A stretch of DNA of 64,000 bases from Raja brachyura (lineage: Eukaryota). Where the stretch lies: positions 1,860,001 to 1,924,000 of the forward strand of contig OY740807.1 of NCBI GenBank assembly GCA_963514005.1. Reading direction: 5' to 3'. This document shows, one piece after another, positions 24,103 through 36,815 of this stretch. The position numbers were made by a program, and so were the translations under genes. The notes under the pieces are model-generated. The model was not told where the DNA came from. It made no database searches and worked only from the letters and a program-made list of their open reading frames with translations. Each line of letters starts with the position of its first letter. Position 1 is the first letter of the stretch.

Positions 24103-24263
24103 TTCTAGAAAATGTGTCTAGAATGTGTGTCACCCGTGTCTGGGAAATACTTGAAAGTTTGCACAGATTTAGATATAACATAATTGAGAAGGAAGTCATA
24201 ACTCGTCAGTGCAAACGGTTGCACATTCATTCATGAATCCAATTAGAATACGATGTCGAAAAA

Positions 24264-24301
24264 GTAGGCGCCATCTAGTGTCTAACGCCCATATTACTGC
24301 A
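24264..24301 (-). promoter_or_regulatory. CTCF-like binding site with upstream motif
   Basis: Minus strand reads TGCAGTAAT-atgggcgtta-GACACTAGATGGCGCC, in unique sequence between two LINEs. Confidence 0.6.
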
Positions 24302-24411
24302 TGGGAAGCCTAATTCTGTGCTGCTGTTTTAACATATATATATGCTTGTGAATATGAGTGTAATTATATATAATTATATTATATAAATATAATATAACAA
24401 ATATAATTTTG

Positions 24412-26148
24412 CATAGCCAAAAGAGACGGGGGAGATATTGAACAATTTATTTTCTCTATTCAGGATATTGAACGCTGTGAGGTAAGGGAAAAAAGTAGAG
24501 TAGCTATGGAAGTACGAGGTTCAAAGAGGAGGAAGTACTTTTGAAAAATATAAAAGTGGATAAGTCTCCAGGTCCTGACAGGTATTCCCTAGGACATTGA
24601 GGGAAGTTAGTGTAGAAATAGCAGGAGCTATGACAGAAATATTTCAAATGTCATTAGAAACGGGAATAGTGCCGGAGGATTGGCGTACTGCGCATGTTGT
24701 TCCATTGTTTAAAAAGGGTTCAAAGAATAAACCTAGCAATTATAGACATGTTAGTTTGATGTCAGTGGTGGGCAAATTAATGGAAAGGATACTTAGAGAT
24801 TATGTATATAAGCATCTGGATAACCAGGGTCTCATCAGGAACAGTCAACATGGATTTGTGCCTGGAAGATCATGTTTGACAAACCTTCTTGAATTTTTTG
24901 AAGAGGTTACAAGGGAAATTGATGAGGGTAAAGCTGTGGATGTTGTCTATATGGATTCCAGTGAGACCTTTGACAAGGTTCCCCATGGAAGGTTGGTTAA
25001 GAAGGTTCAATCTTTGGGTGTTAATGGCGGAGTAGCGAGATGGATTCAACAGTGGCTGAATGGGAGATGTCAGAGAGTAATGGTGGATGGCTGTTTGTCA
25101 GGTTGGAAGCTGGTGACCAGTGGGGCTCCTCAGGGATCTGTGTTGGGTCCACTGTTGTTTAGTCATGTACATCAATGATCTAGATGATGGGGTGGAAAAT
25201 TGGATAAGTAATTACGCAGACGATACTAAGATAGGTGGTGCTGTGGATAATGAAGTAGATTTTCAAAGTCTACAGAGAGATTTGGGCCATTTGGAAGAGT
25301 GGGCTGAAAGATGGCAGATAGAGTTTAATGCTGATAAGTGTGAGGTGCTACATCTTGGCAGGACAAATCAAAATAGGACGTACATGGTAAATGGTAGGGA
25401 ATTGAGGAATGCTGTGGAACAGAGAGGTCTAGGAATAACTGTGCATAGTTCCCTGAAGGTGGAATCGCATGTAGTTGGGTGGTAAAGAAAGATTTCGGTG
25501 TGCTGGCCTTTATAAATCAGAACATTGAATATAGGAGTAGGGAAGTAATGTTAAAATTGTACAAGGTATTGGTGAGACCAATTCTGGAGTATGGTGTACA
25601 ATTTTGGTCGCCTAATTATAGGAATGATGTCAACAAAATAGAGAGAGTACAGAGGAGATTTATTAGAATGTTGCCTGGGTTCCAGCAACTAAGTTACAGG
25701 GAAAGGTTGAACAAGTTAGGTCTTTATTCTTTGGAGCGCAGAAGGTTAAGGGGGGGACTTGATTGAGGTCTTCAAAATGATGAAAGGGATAGACAGAGTT
25801 AATGTGGATAAGCTTTTCCTATTGAGGGTAGGGAAGATTCAAACAAGAGGGCATGACATGAGAATTAAGGGACAGAAGTTTAGGGGTAACATGAGGGGAA
25901 CTTCTTTACTCAGAGAGTGGTGGCTGTGTGGAATGAGCTTCCAGCAGAAGTGGTGGGGGCAGGATCGATTTTAACATTTAAAAGTAAAGTGGATAGGTAT
26001 ATGGACGGGAAGGGAATGGAGGGGTATGGTCTGAGGACAGGCAGATGGGACTAGGGGAAAATAAATGGTCGGCACGGACTAGAAGGGCCGAGAAGGCCTG
26101 TTTCCGTGATGTAATTGTTATGTGGTTATTGTTATATGGTTATATGGT
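24412..26148 (+). mobile_element. CR1-type LINE RT to 3' end
   Basis: ORFs 24597, 25120, 25479 and 25759. (ggttatat)n tail. Confidence 0.93.
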
Positions 26149-26386
26149 GATATCATGACGTCGTTGGCTGTGTGACGTCATGAGGTCATATGCTTGCTGC
26201 AGGGCAAGTTATGTTTGTAAAAGTACTTTTTGTAAAATTTGTAATGTGAATAACTTGTAAAATATACCATCAATCTGAACAAAACTTTCATACACCACAC
26301 CACAGGACAATGGTAAGGTAAGCCAAAAATATTCGCGCTATCGTGTTGGCGTAATTTCAGGATCACTCTCATAGACAGACAAACAT

Positions 26387-26525
26387 NNNNNNNNNNNNNN
26401 NNNNNNNNNNNNNNNNNNNNNNNNNNNNNNNNNNNNNNNNNNNNNNNNNNNNNNNNNNNNNNNNNNNNNNNNNNNNNNNNNNNNNNNNNNNNNNNNNNNN
26501 NNNNNNNNNNNNNNNNNNNNNNNNN
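26387..26525. other. 139-nt N block (copy 1)
   Basis: Run of N. Confidence 0.99.
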
Positions 26526-27355
26526 TAGAGAGAGAGTAGGACCTCTCAGGAATAAAAGCGGTCACCTCTGTGTGGAGCCACAGCAGATGGATAAAGTCCT
26601 CAATGAGTATTTCTCCTCTGTATTTATTGATGAGAAAGAGAGTAGGATGGAGGAAATTGGAGCAGTCACTGGAAGTGTCACGAGGGCAGTCAGGGTTACC
26701 GTCGAGGAAGTACTGAAGGTACTGTCGTGTTTGAAGGTAGACAAATCTCTGGGGCCTGATCAGATATATCCGAGGATATTGCAGGAAATTGCGGGAGCCC
26801 TGGTTGAAATTTATGAGTCGTCCTTCAATACAGGAGAGGTGCCAGTGGATTGGAGGGTGGCAAATGTTGTGCCTCTTTTCAAGAATGACTTCAGGGAAAA
26901 TGTTGGGAACTATAGGCCGGTGAGCTTAACATCTGTAGTTAGTTAGTTAGTTACTGGAGAGTATTCTGTGGGATAGAATATACAGGCATTTGGATGGGCA
27001 AGGGCTGATTAGGGACAGTCAGCATGATTTTGTAAGTGGGAGGTCGTGTCTCACAAATCTGATCGATTGTTTTGAAGACGTGACCAAAAAGGTTGATGAG
27101 GGCAGCGCTGGAGATGTAGTGTACATGGAGTTTAGTAAGGTGTTCGACAAGGTGCCGCATGGTAGGCTGCACTGGAAGGTTAGATTTCATGGGATCCAAG
27201 GAGAGATAGCTGAATGGAAGCAAAATCGCTCCATAGAAGGAAGCAGAGGGTGATGGTGGAAGGTTGGTTATCAGAATGGAGGCATGTGACTGGTGGTGTG
27301 CCACAGGGTTCAGTGCTGGGCCCGTTATTGTTTGTCATCTACATCAATGATTTGG
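26526..27355 (+). mobile_element. CR1-type fragment truncated at the duplication junction
   Basis: ORFs 26572 and 26990. Confidence 0.9.
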
Positions 27356-27488
27356 CAGTGTGAGAATTAAGGGACATAAGTTTAGGGGTAACATGAGGGG
27401 AACTTCTTTATTCAGAGAGTGGTGGCTGTGTGGAATGAGCTTCCAGCAGAAGTGGTGGGGGCAGGATCGATTTTAACATTTACCAGGG

Positions 27489-28361
27489 TCTCACCAGGGT
27501 CTCTTCTATACCCCGTAACTCTGCTCTCATTCCCCAACCCCCCACTCGTAACAAGGGCTGAGTCCCCCTTGTCTTCACCTTCCACCCTACCAGCCGTCAC
27601 AAACAACAAATAATTCTCCGACATTTTCGCCACCTCCAACGGGATCCCAGCACTGGCCACATCTTCCCATCTCCTCCCCTGTCTGCTTTCCACAGAGACC
27701 GCACCCTCTGTAACTCCCTGCTCAATTCATCCCTTCCCACCCAAACCGCTCCCTTTCCTGGCTCTTTCCCTTGCAACTGCAGGAAATGCTACACTTGTCG
27801 CTTTACCTCCCCCCTCGACTCCATTCAAGGACCCAAGCAGTCTTTCCAGGTGCGGCAGAGGTTCACCTGCACATCCTCCAACCTCATCTATTGCATCCGC
27901 TGCTATAGGTGTCAGCTGCTCTCCATCGGCGAGACCAAGCGTAGGCTTGGCGATCGCTTCACCCAACACCTCCGCTCGGTTCGCATTAACCAACCTTATC
28001 TCCCGGTGGATCAGCACTTCAACTCGCTCTCCCATTCCGAATCTGACCTTTCAGACCTTGGCCTCCTCCATGGCCAAAGTAAGGCCCACCGTAAATTGAA
28101 GGAGCAGCACCTCATATTTCGCTTGGGCAGTTTACACCCCAGCGGTTTGAACATTGACTTCTCCAGTTTCAGGCAGTCCCTGCTTTCTCCTCCCCTTCTC
28201 AGCTCTCCCTCAACCCACTGTCTCCGCCTATTCATTTCTTCTTCCCGCCCTCCACCCTCACATCAGTCTGAAGAAGGGTCTCGACCCGAAACTTTGCCTA
28301 TCTCCTTTGCTCCATAGATGCTGCCTCACCCGTTGAGTTTCTCCAGCATTTTTGTCTACCA
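27489..28361 (+). mobile_element. Penelope-like element, duplicated copy
   Basis: ORF 27850-28317 identical to 20926-21393. Confidence 0.9.
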
Positions 28362-28898
28362 CCGGGCTGGTAATAGTCCTATTAAAGACAGGGCTTTATT
28401 TCGTTAATACATGAGCATTTATTGATCGGTTCATTAATTAGACACACGCGATGTGAGTTACAACCACAGACTCTCACAAATAATTCAATGAATGCCCACA
28501 CAAAAGATCATGAGGTGAAATGGGTGTCTGAGGGGTTGGGCGAAGCCATTTCATTGGGGTTGATGATTGAGGAGAAGGTGGGAGCTGGAGATTGGGTGTA
28601 AAGAATAAGGAAAGTCAGGACCCCGAGTTTAATGCTGCATACCGATATTGTATGTGCCGTAAGTCTCAATGAATGGTTAGAGAAGTGTAAATAAAAATAT
28701 GGAGATTGTCAGGGTGCAAAGGCTTGTGTCGTGAGGTAAGAAATTCCAACCGGATAAACAGCGTTTTTCATTGAGACCAGTCATTAAATTATAGAGCAGC
28801 ACAGCACGGATACAGGCCCTTCAGGTCACCTTACCCCTCCGACCTAGTTGGCATGCCGGGCTAGTCACATTTGGTTGTAAGCTGTGGGCCGAGCATCG

Positions 28899-31026
28899 AA
28901 AATAGAAACATAGAAACATAGAAATTAGGTGCAGGAGTAGGCCATTCGGCCCTTTGATCCAGCACCGCCATTCAATATGATCATGGCTGATCATCCAACT
29001 CAGTATCCCGTACCTGCCTTCTGTCCATACCCTCTGATCCCCTTAGCCACAAGGGCCACATCTAACTCCCTTTTAAATATAGCCAATGAACTGGCCTCAA
29101 CTACCCTCTGTGGCAGAGAGTTCCAGAGACCCACCACTCTCTGTGTGAAAAAAGTCCTTCTCATCTCGGTCCAAAAGGATTTCCCCCTTATCCTTAAGCT
29201 GTGACCCCTTGTCCTGGACCTCCCCAACATCGGGAACAATCTTCCTGCATCTAGCCTGTCCAACCCCTTAAGAATTTTGTAAGTTTCTATAAGATCCCCT
29301 CTCAATCTCCTAAATTCTAGAGAGTATAAACTGAGTTTATGCAGTCTTTGTTCATAAGACAGTCCTGACATCCCAGGAATCAGTCTGGTGAACCTTCTCT
29401 GCACTCCCTCTAAGGCAATAATGTCCTTCCTCAGATTTGGAGACCAGAACTGTACGCAATACTCCAGGGGTGGTCTCACCAAGACCCTATACAACTGAAG
29501 TAGAACCTCCCTGCTCTTATACTCAAATCCTTTTGCTATGAAAGCTAACATGCCATTTGCTTTCTTCACTGCCTGCTGCACCTGCATGCCTACTTTCAAT
29601 GACTGGTGTACCATGACACCCAGGTCGCGCTGCATCTCCCCTTTTCCTAATCGGCCTCCATTTAGATAATAGTCTGTTTTCATATTTTTGCCACCAAAGT
29701 GGATAACCTCACATTTATCCACATTATACTGCATCTGCCAAACATTTGCCCACTCACCCAGCCTATCCAAGTCACCTTGCAGTCTCCTAGCATCCTCCTC
29801 ACAGCTAACACTGCCCCCCAGCTTAGTGTCATCTGCAAACTTGGAGATATTGCCTTCAATTCCCTCATCCAGATCATTAATGTATATTGTAAATAGCTGG
29901 GGTCCCAGCACTGAGCCTTGCGGTACCCCACTAGTCACTGCCTGCCATTGTGAAAACGACCCGTTTACTCCTACTCTTTGCTTCCTGTTTGCCAGCCAGT
30001 TCTCTATCCACATCAATACTGAACTCCCAATGCCGTATGCTTTAAGTTTATATACTAATCTCTTATGTGGGACCTTGTCGAAAGCCTTCTGGAAGTCCAG
30101 ATACACCACATCCACTGGTTCTCCCCTATCCATGCTACTAGTTACATCCTCGAAAAATTCCACAAGATTCGTCAGACATGATTTACCTTTCATAAATCCG
30201 TGCTGACTTTGTCCAATGATTTCACCACTTTCCAAATGTGCTGCTATCCCATCTTTAATAACTGACTCCAGCAGTTTCCCCACTACCGATGTTAGACTAA
30301 CTGGTCTGCAATTCCCCGGTTACTCTCTCCCCCCCTTCTTAAAAAGAGGGGTTACGTTTGCTACCCGCCCATCCTCAGGAACTACTCCAGATTCTAAAGA
30401 GTTTTGAAAGATTATCACTAATGCATCCACTATTTCCGGAGCTACTTCCTTAAGTACTCTGGGATGCAGCCTATCTGGCCCTGGGGATTTATTGGCCTTT
30501 AATCCATTCAATTTACCCAACACCACTTCCCGACTAACCTGGATTTCACTCAAGTCCTCCTTTGACCCGCGGTCCCCTGCTATTTCCGGCAGATTATTTA
30601 TGTCTTCCTTAGTGAAGACGGAACCAAAGTAGTTATTCAATTGTTCCGCCATATCCTTGTTCCCCATGATCAACTCACCTGTTTCTGACTGCAAGGGACC
30701 TACATTTGTTTTAACTAATCTCTTTCTCTTCACATATCTATAAAACTTTTGCAGTCAGTTTTTATGTTCCCTGCCAGTTTTCTTTCATAATCTATTTTTC
30801 CTTTCCTAATCAAGCCCTTTGTCCTCCTCTGCTGGTCTCTGAATTTCTCCCAGTCCTCTGGTATGCTGCTTTTTCTGGCTACTTTGTACGCATCATCCTT
30901 TGCTTTGATACTATCCCTGATTTCCCTTGTTATCCACGGATGCACTACCTTCCCTGATCTATTCTTTTGCCAAACTGGGAGGAACAATTTTTGTAGTTCA
31001 TCCATGCAGTCTTTAAATGTCTTCCA
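28899..31026 (-). mobile_element. CR1-type LINE, duplicated copy
   Basis: ORF 29000-30283. Confidence 0.95.
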
Positions 31027-31187
31027 TTCTAGAAAATGTGTCTAGAATGTGTGTCACCCGTGTCTGGGAAATACTTGAAAGTTTGCACAGATTTAGATAT
31101 AACATAATTGAGAAGGAAGTCATAACTCGTCAGTGCAAACGGTTGCACATTCATTCATGAATCCAATTAGAATACGATGTCGAAAAA

Positions 31188-31225
31188 GTAGGCGCCATCT
31201 AGTGTCTAACGCCCATATTACTGCA
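31188..31225 (-). promoter_or_regulatory. CTCF-like binding site, duplicated copy
   Basis: Identical to 24264-24301. Confidence 0.6.
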
Positions 31226-31335
31226 TGGGAAGCCTAATTCTGTGCTGCTGTTTTAACATATATATATGCTTGTGAATATGAGTGTAATTATATATAATTA
31301 TATTATATAAATATAATATAACAAATATAATTTTG

Positions 31336-33071
31336 CATAGCCAAAAGAGACGGGGGAGATATTGAACAATTTATTTTCTCTATTCAGGATATTGAACGCT
31401 GTGAGGTAAGGGAAAAAAGTAGAGTAGCTATGGAAGTACGAGGTTCAAAGAGGAGGAAGTACTTTTGAAAAATATAAAAGTGGATAAGTCTCCAGGTCCT
31501 GACAGGTATTCCCTAGGACATTGAGGGAAGTTAGTGTAGAAATAGCAGGAGCTATGACAGAAATATTTCAAATGTCATTAGAAACGGGAATAGTGCCGGA
31601 GGATTGGCGTACTGCGCATGTTGTTCCATTGTTTAAAAAGGGTTCAAAGAATAAACCTAGCAATTATAGACATGTTAGTTTGATGTCAGTGGTGGGCAAA
31701 TTAATGGAAAGGATACTTAGAGATTATGTATATAAGCATCTGGATAACCAGGGTCTCATCAGGAACAGTCAACATGGATTTGTGCCTGGAAGATCATGTT
31801 TGACAAACCTTCTTGAATTTTTTGAAGAGGTTACAAGGGAAATTGATGAGGGTAAAGCTGTGGATGTTGTCTATATGGATTCCAGTGAGACCTTTGACAA
31901 GGTTCCCCATGGAAGGTTGGTTAAGAAGGTTCAATCTTTGGGTGTTAATGGCGGAGTAGCGAGATGGATTCAACAGTGGCTGAATGGGAGATGTCAGAGA
32001 GTAATGGTGGATGGCTGTTTGTCAGGTTGGAAGCTGGTGACCAGTGGGGTTCCTCAGGGATCTGTTTTGGGTCCACTGTTGTTTGTCATGTACATCAATG
32101 ATCTAGATGATGGGGTGGAAAATTGGATAAGTAATTACGCAGACGATACTAAGATAGGTGGTGCTGTGGATAATGAAGTAGATTTTCAAAGTCTACAGAG
32201 AGATTTGGGCCATTTGGAAGAGTGGGCTGAAAGATGGCAGATAGAGTTTAATGCTGATAAGTGTGAGGTGCTACATCTTGGCAGGACAAATCAAAATAGG
32301 ACGTACATGGTAAATGGTAGGGAATTGAGGAATGCTGTGGAACAGAGAGATCTAGGAACAACTGTGCATAGTTCCCTGAAGGTGGAATCGCATGTAGTTG
32401 GGTGGTAAAGAAAGATTTCGGTGTGCTGGCCTTTATAAATCAGAACATTGAATATAGGAGTAGGGAAGTAATGTTAAAATTGTACAAGGTATTGGTGAGA
32501 CCAATTCTGGAGTATGGTGTACAATTTTGGTCGCCTAATTATAGGAATGATGTCAACAAAATAGAGAGAGTACAGAGGAGATTTATTAGAATGTTGCCTG
32601 GGTTCCAGCAACTAAGTTACAGAGAAAGGTTGAACAAGTTAGGTCTTTATTCTTTGGAGCGCAGAAGGTTAAGGGGGGGACTTGATTGAGGTCTTCAAAA
32701 TGATGAAAGGGATAGACAGAGTTAATGTGGATAAGCTTTTCCTATTGAGGGTAGGGAAGATTCAAACAAGAGGGCATGACATGAGAATTAAGGGACAGAA
32801 GTTTAGGGGTAACATGAGGGGAACTTCTTTACTCAGAGAGTGGTGGCTGTGTGGAATGAGCTTCCAGCAGAAGTGGTGGGGGCAGGATCGATTTTAACAT
32901 TTAAAAGTAAAGTGGATAGGTATATGGACGGGAAGGGAATGGAGGGGTATGGTCTGAGGACAGGCAGATGGGACTAGGGGAAAATAAATGGTCGGCACGG
33001 ACTAGAAGGGCCGAGAAGGCCTGTTTCCGTGATGTAATTGTTATGTGGTTATTGTTATATGGTTATATGGT
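31336..33071 (+). mobile_element. CR1-type LINE, duplicated copy
   Basis: ORF 31521-32408 lacks the frameshift seen in copy 1. Confidence 0.93.
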
Positions 33072-33309
33072 GATATCATGACGTCGTTGGCTGTGTGACG
33101 TCATGAGGTCATATGCTTGCTGCAGGGCAAGTTATGTTTGTAAAAGTACTTTTTGTAAAATTTGTAATGTGAATAACTTGTAAAATATACCATCAATCTG
33201 AACAAAACTTTCATACACCACACCACAGGACAATGGTAAGGTAAGCCAAAAATATTCGCGCTATCGTGTTGGCGTAATTTCAGGATCACTCTCATAGACA
33301 GACAAACAT

Positions 33310-33448
33310 NNNNNNNNNNNNNNNNNNNNNNNNNNNNNNNNNNNNNNNNNNNNNNNNNNNNNNNNNNNNNNNNNNNNNNNNNNNNNNNNNNNNNNNNNNN
33401 NNNNNNNNNNNNNNNNNNNNNNNNNNNNNNNNNNNNNNNNNNNNNNNN
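33310..33448. other. 139-nt N block (copy 2)
   Basis: Run of N with the same length and flanks as copy 1. Confidence 0.99.
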
Positions 33449-34982
33449 TAGAGAGAGAGTAGGACCTCTCAGGAATAAAAGCGGTCACCTCTGTGTGGAG
33501 CCACAGCAGATGGATAAAGTCCTCAGTGAGTATTTCTCCTCTGTATTTATTGATGAGAAAGAGAGTAGGATGGAGGAAATTGGAGCAGTCACTGGAAGTG
33601 TCACGAGGGCAGTCAGGGTTACCGTCGAGGAAGTACTGAAGGTACTGTCGTGTTTGAAGGTAGACAAATCTCTGGGGCCTGATCAGATATATCCGAGGAT
33701 ATTGCAGGAAATTGCGGGAGCCCTGGTTGAAATTTATGAGTCGTCCTTCAATACAGGAGAGGTGCCAGTGGATTGGAGGGTGGCAAATGTTGTGCCTCTT
33801 TTCAAGAATGACTTCAGGGAAAATGTTGGGAACTATAGGCCGGTGAGCTTAACATCTGTAGTTAGTTAGTTAGTTACTGGAGAGTATTCTGTGGGATAGA
33901 ATATACAGGCATTTGGATGGGCAAGGGCTGATTAGGGACAGTCAGCATGATTTTGTAAGTGGGAGGTCGTGTCTCACAAATCTGATCGATATTTTTGAAG
34001 ACGTGACCAAAAAGGTTGATGAGGGCAGCGCTGGAGATGTAGTGTACATGGAGTTTAGTAAGGTGTTCGACAAGGTGCCGCATGGTAGGCTGCACTGGAA
34101 GGTTAGATTTCATGGGATCCAAGGAGAGATAGCTGAATGGAAGCAAAATCGCTCCATAGAAGGAAGCAGAGGGTGATGGTGGAAGGTTGGTTATCAGAAT
34201 GGAGGCATGTGACTGGTGGTGTGCCACAGGGTTCAGTGCTGGGCCCGTTATTGTTTGTCATCTACATCAATGATTTGGATGAGAACATACAGGGCAAGAT
34301 TAGCAAGTTTGCTGATGGTTAGCGGTTTTGCAGATAGTGAAGATGGTTGTGAACGATTGCAGCAGGATCTGGATCGATTGGCCAGATGGGCGGAGGAATG
34401 GTTGATGTAATTTAATACAGAGAAATGTGAGGTGTTGCATTTTGGGATGTCGAACAAGGGCAGGACCTACACAGTAAATGGTCGGCCTCTGGGTAGTGTT
34501 GTAGAGCAGAGGGATCTAGGAGTACAGGTGCATAGTTCCATGAAGGTCGAGTTGCAGGTAGATAAGGTGGTCAAAAAGGCTTTTGGAACTTTGTCCTTCA
34601 TCAGTCAGAGTATTGGGTATAGAAGTTGGGTGGTCATGTTGCAGTTATATAAGATGTTGGTGAGACTGCATTGAGAGTATTGTGTTCAGTTCTGGGCACC
34701 ATGTTATAGGAAAGATATTGTCAAGCTTAAAAGGGTTCAGAAAAGATTTACGAGGATGTTGCCAGGACTAGAGGGTGTGAGTTACAGGGAGAGGTTAAGT
34801 AGACTGGGTCTCTATTCCACGGAGCTTAGGAGGATGAGGGATCTTATAGAGGCATACAAAATCATGAGAGGAATAGATCAGTTAGATGCACAGTTTTTTA
34901 CCCAGAGTATAGGAATCGAGGACCAGAGGACATTGGATCAAGGTGAAGGGGAAAAGATTTAATACAAATCCGAGGGGTAACT
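33449..34982 (+). mobile_element. CR1-type LINE RT region lacking its 3' tail
   Basis: ORFs 33495, 33913, 34137, 34432 and 34756. Confidence 0.9.
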
Positions 34983-35563
34983 CGGTTATTCACATTTTAA
35001 ATTGTACGAAAACCACTTTGAAAAAAATCACTTCCACTTGTACAGCCCATTACCAGCGTATGACGGCACAATGCGATCCCGAAGCTCAATAACTTTAAAA
35101 AATGCTTTTTTCAAAAAAGAGATTTTACATTTGCATCAAAAATAGCAGAAAAAAAATTGTTTTAAAAAAAATCACGATTTTCATTGTGGGGGGCGGGATG
35201 GGGGGAGGTTTCCATTTCTATTTAAAAATAGCGGGAAAATAACTACCTTTTCAAAAAAAACATCGCGATTATCATTTTGAAGGGATGGGATAGGGGGGAG
35301 GTTTCATTTGGAAACATTGCGATTTTCATTGAGTGAGTGAGGGAGGGGAAATGAAAGGGAGGGAGAGGGGAGGGAGAGGCGAGGGTGGCAGTGGGGGAGG
35401 GGAGGAGGAGAGAAGAAAGAAGAGGGAGGGTGAAGAGTGAGGGGAGTTCTGCAGGATGAGGGAGAATGGAGGAGGAGAGGGGTAGAAGGAGGGATGGCGA
35501 GGTAATTGCGTTGGGGACCAGGCCTCCCGTGTGAAGGACCCAACGGGTCCCACTTGGTCGAGT
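34983..35563 (-). mobile_element. Non-autonomous Helitron/Helentron-like element, terminal part
   Basis: Minus-strand end actcgaccaagtgggacccgttgggtcc contains hairpin GGACCC-N3-GGGTCC (35536-35550), followed by a purine/pyrimidine tract. It cuts a CR1 reading frame sharply. Class is inferred. Confidence 0.45.
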
Positions 35564-36480
35564 GTATTTATAAAATCTTGTGAGATTATTTTTCATGCTA
35601 CCCACCAGAGCTATCTCCTGGCCTATTTTTGCCCTTCTGATCTCCTTTTTTATTTTGCTCCTTGCATCCCGAAACTTCTGAAGGGATGCACTTGATCCCA
35701 TCTGCCTATACCAGTCCCATGCATCCTTCTCGTTTTTGACTAACATCTCCATTTCCCTCGTCAGCCAAGTTTCCTTACGTTTGCCTGCTTTGCATTTCAC
35801 TCTTAACGGGACGTACACATCCTGAGTTCTCTTCATTACACTTTTGAAGACATCCCACTTGGCCGATGTCCCTTTTCATCAAATAACCTGCTCCAGTCAA
35901 CTTGAGCAAGACCTGCTCTCATACCCTCAAAGTTGGCCTTACCCCAGTTGGGCATTTTAACACGTGGACCCTCTCTGTCCCGACCCATAGCTATCTTAAA
36001 CCTAATCGAACTGTGGTCACATGTCCCAAAAGGCTGCTCCACACACACTTCATTAACTTGCCCTTCCCAATTTCCCAATACTAGATCCAGCGTTGTTCTC
36101 TCACGTGTGTGTGTGGGGGGGGGGTCTGTAGTACACTCCCAACAAGGTGATCATCCTTTTCTTGTTGCTCAGCTCCACCCACTAGACAAACTGTCCATAA
36201 TGTCACCTCTGAACACAGCCGTGACATCCTCCTTAACCACAATACAACTCTTTTTTCCTCGCCCTGTTTCCCCTGAAGCTCCTGTACCCCACAACATTGA
36301 GCTGCCAGTCCTGCCCCTCCCTTTTCCAGGTTTCAGTCATGGCTACAACGTCCCAGTCACTCATAGCTATCCACTCCCTAAGCTCATCTGCCTTACCCGT
36401 CAAGACCCTTGCATTAAAATACATGCAGTTTAACCAACCCTCCTTCCTCTCTATCCGCCTTTTTGCCTATTCTGTACATT
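35564..36480 (-). mobile_element. CR1-type LINE endonuclease/tether region
   Basis: ORFs 36233-36424 (YFNAR..., VAMTETW), 35836-36078 and 35564-35836. Confidence 0.88.
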
Positions 36481-36544
36481 AACCTTTCCCACACCACCCT
36501 CCATACCAACTTCTAGCCTCTCCTGTGCCTCTGTCCGTATAAGA

Positions 36545-36815
36545 TCCCTCATGACATTATCGTCACCTCCAATAGGATCCCACCATTAATCACATATTAA
36601 TGGCCTCCCTGTAGATGTGGCCTAGTGCACGTCAGCGAGACCAAGCATAGATTTGGCGACCACTTTACCGAACACTTGCTCTCAGTCCGCCAAGGCCCAC
36701 GGGATCTCTGGGTTGCTAACTGAACTCCGCTCCCTATTCCCACACTTACCTTGCTGGGCCTTCAATATTACCAGAGTGATGCCACACACAAATTGGAGGA
36801 ACTGCACCTCATATT
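36545..36815 (+). mobile_element. Decayed Penelope-like fragment
   Basis: gagaccaagcatagatttggcgacc and aaattggaggaactgcacctcatatttc match the GIY-YIG region. Confidence 0.65.

Larger units (their letters stand above)
20044..34278 (+). repeat. Tandem segmental duplication, period 6924/6923 bp
   Basis: ORF pairs 22076/29000, 24597/31521 and 26572/33495. Copies differ by scattered SNPs and one 1-nt indel near 25162. Confidence 0.97.

Noticed and set aside
35243-35836. Chimeric 197-aa protein
   Set aside because: A CR1 frame running into a low-complexity repeat, with no sign of function.
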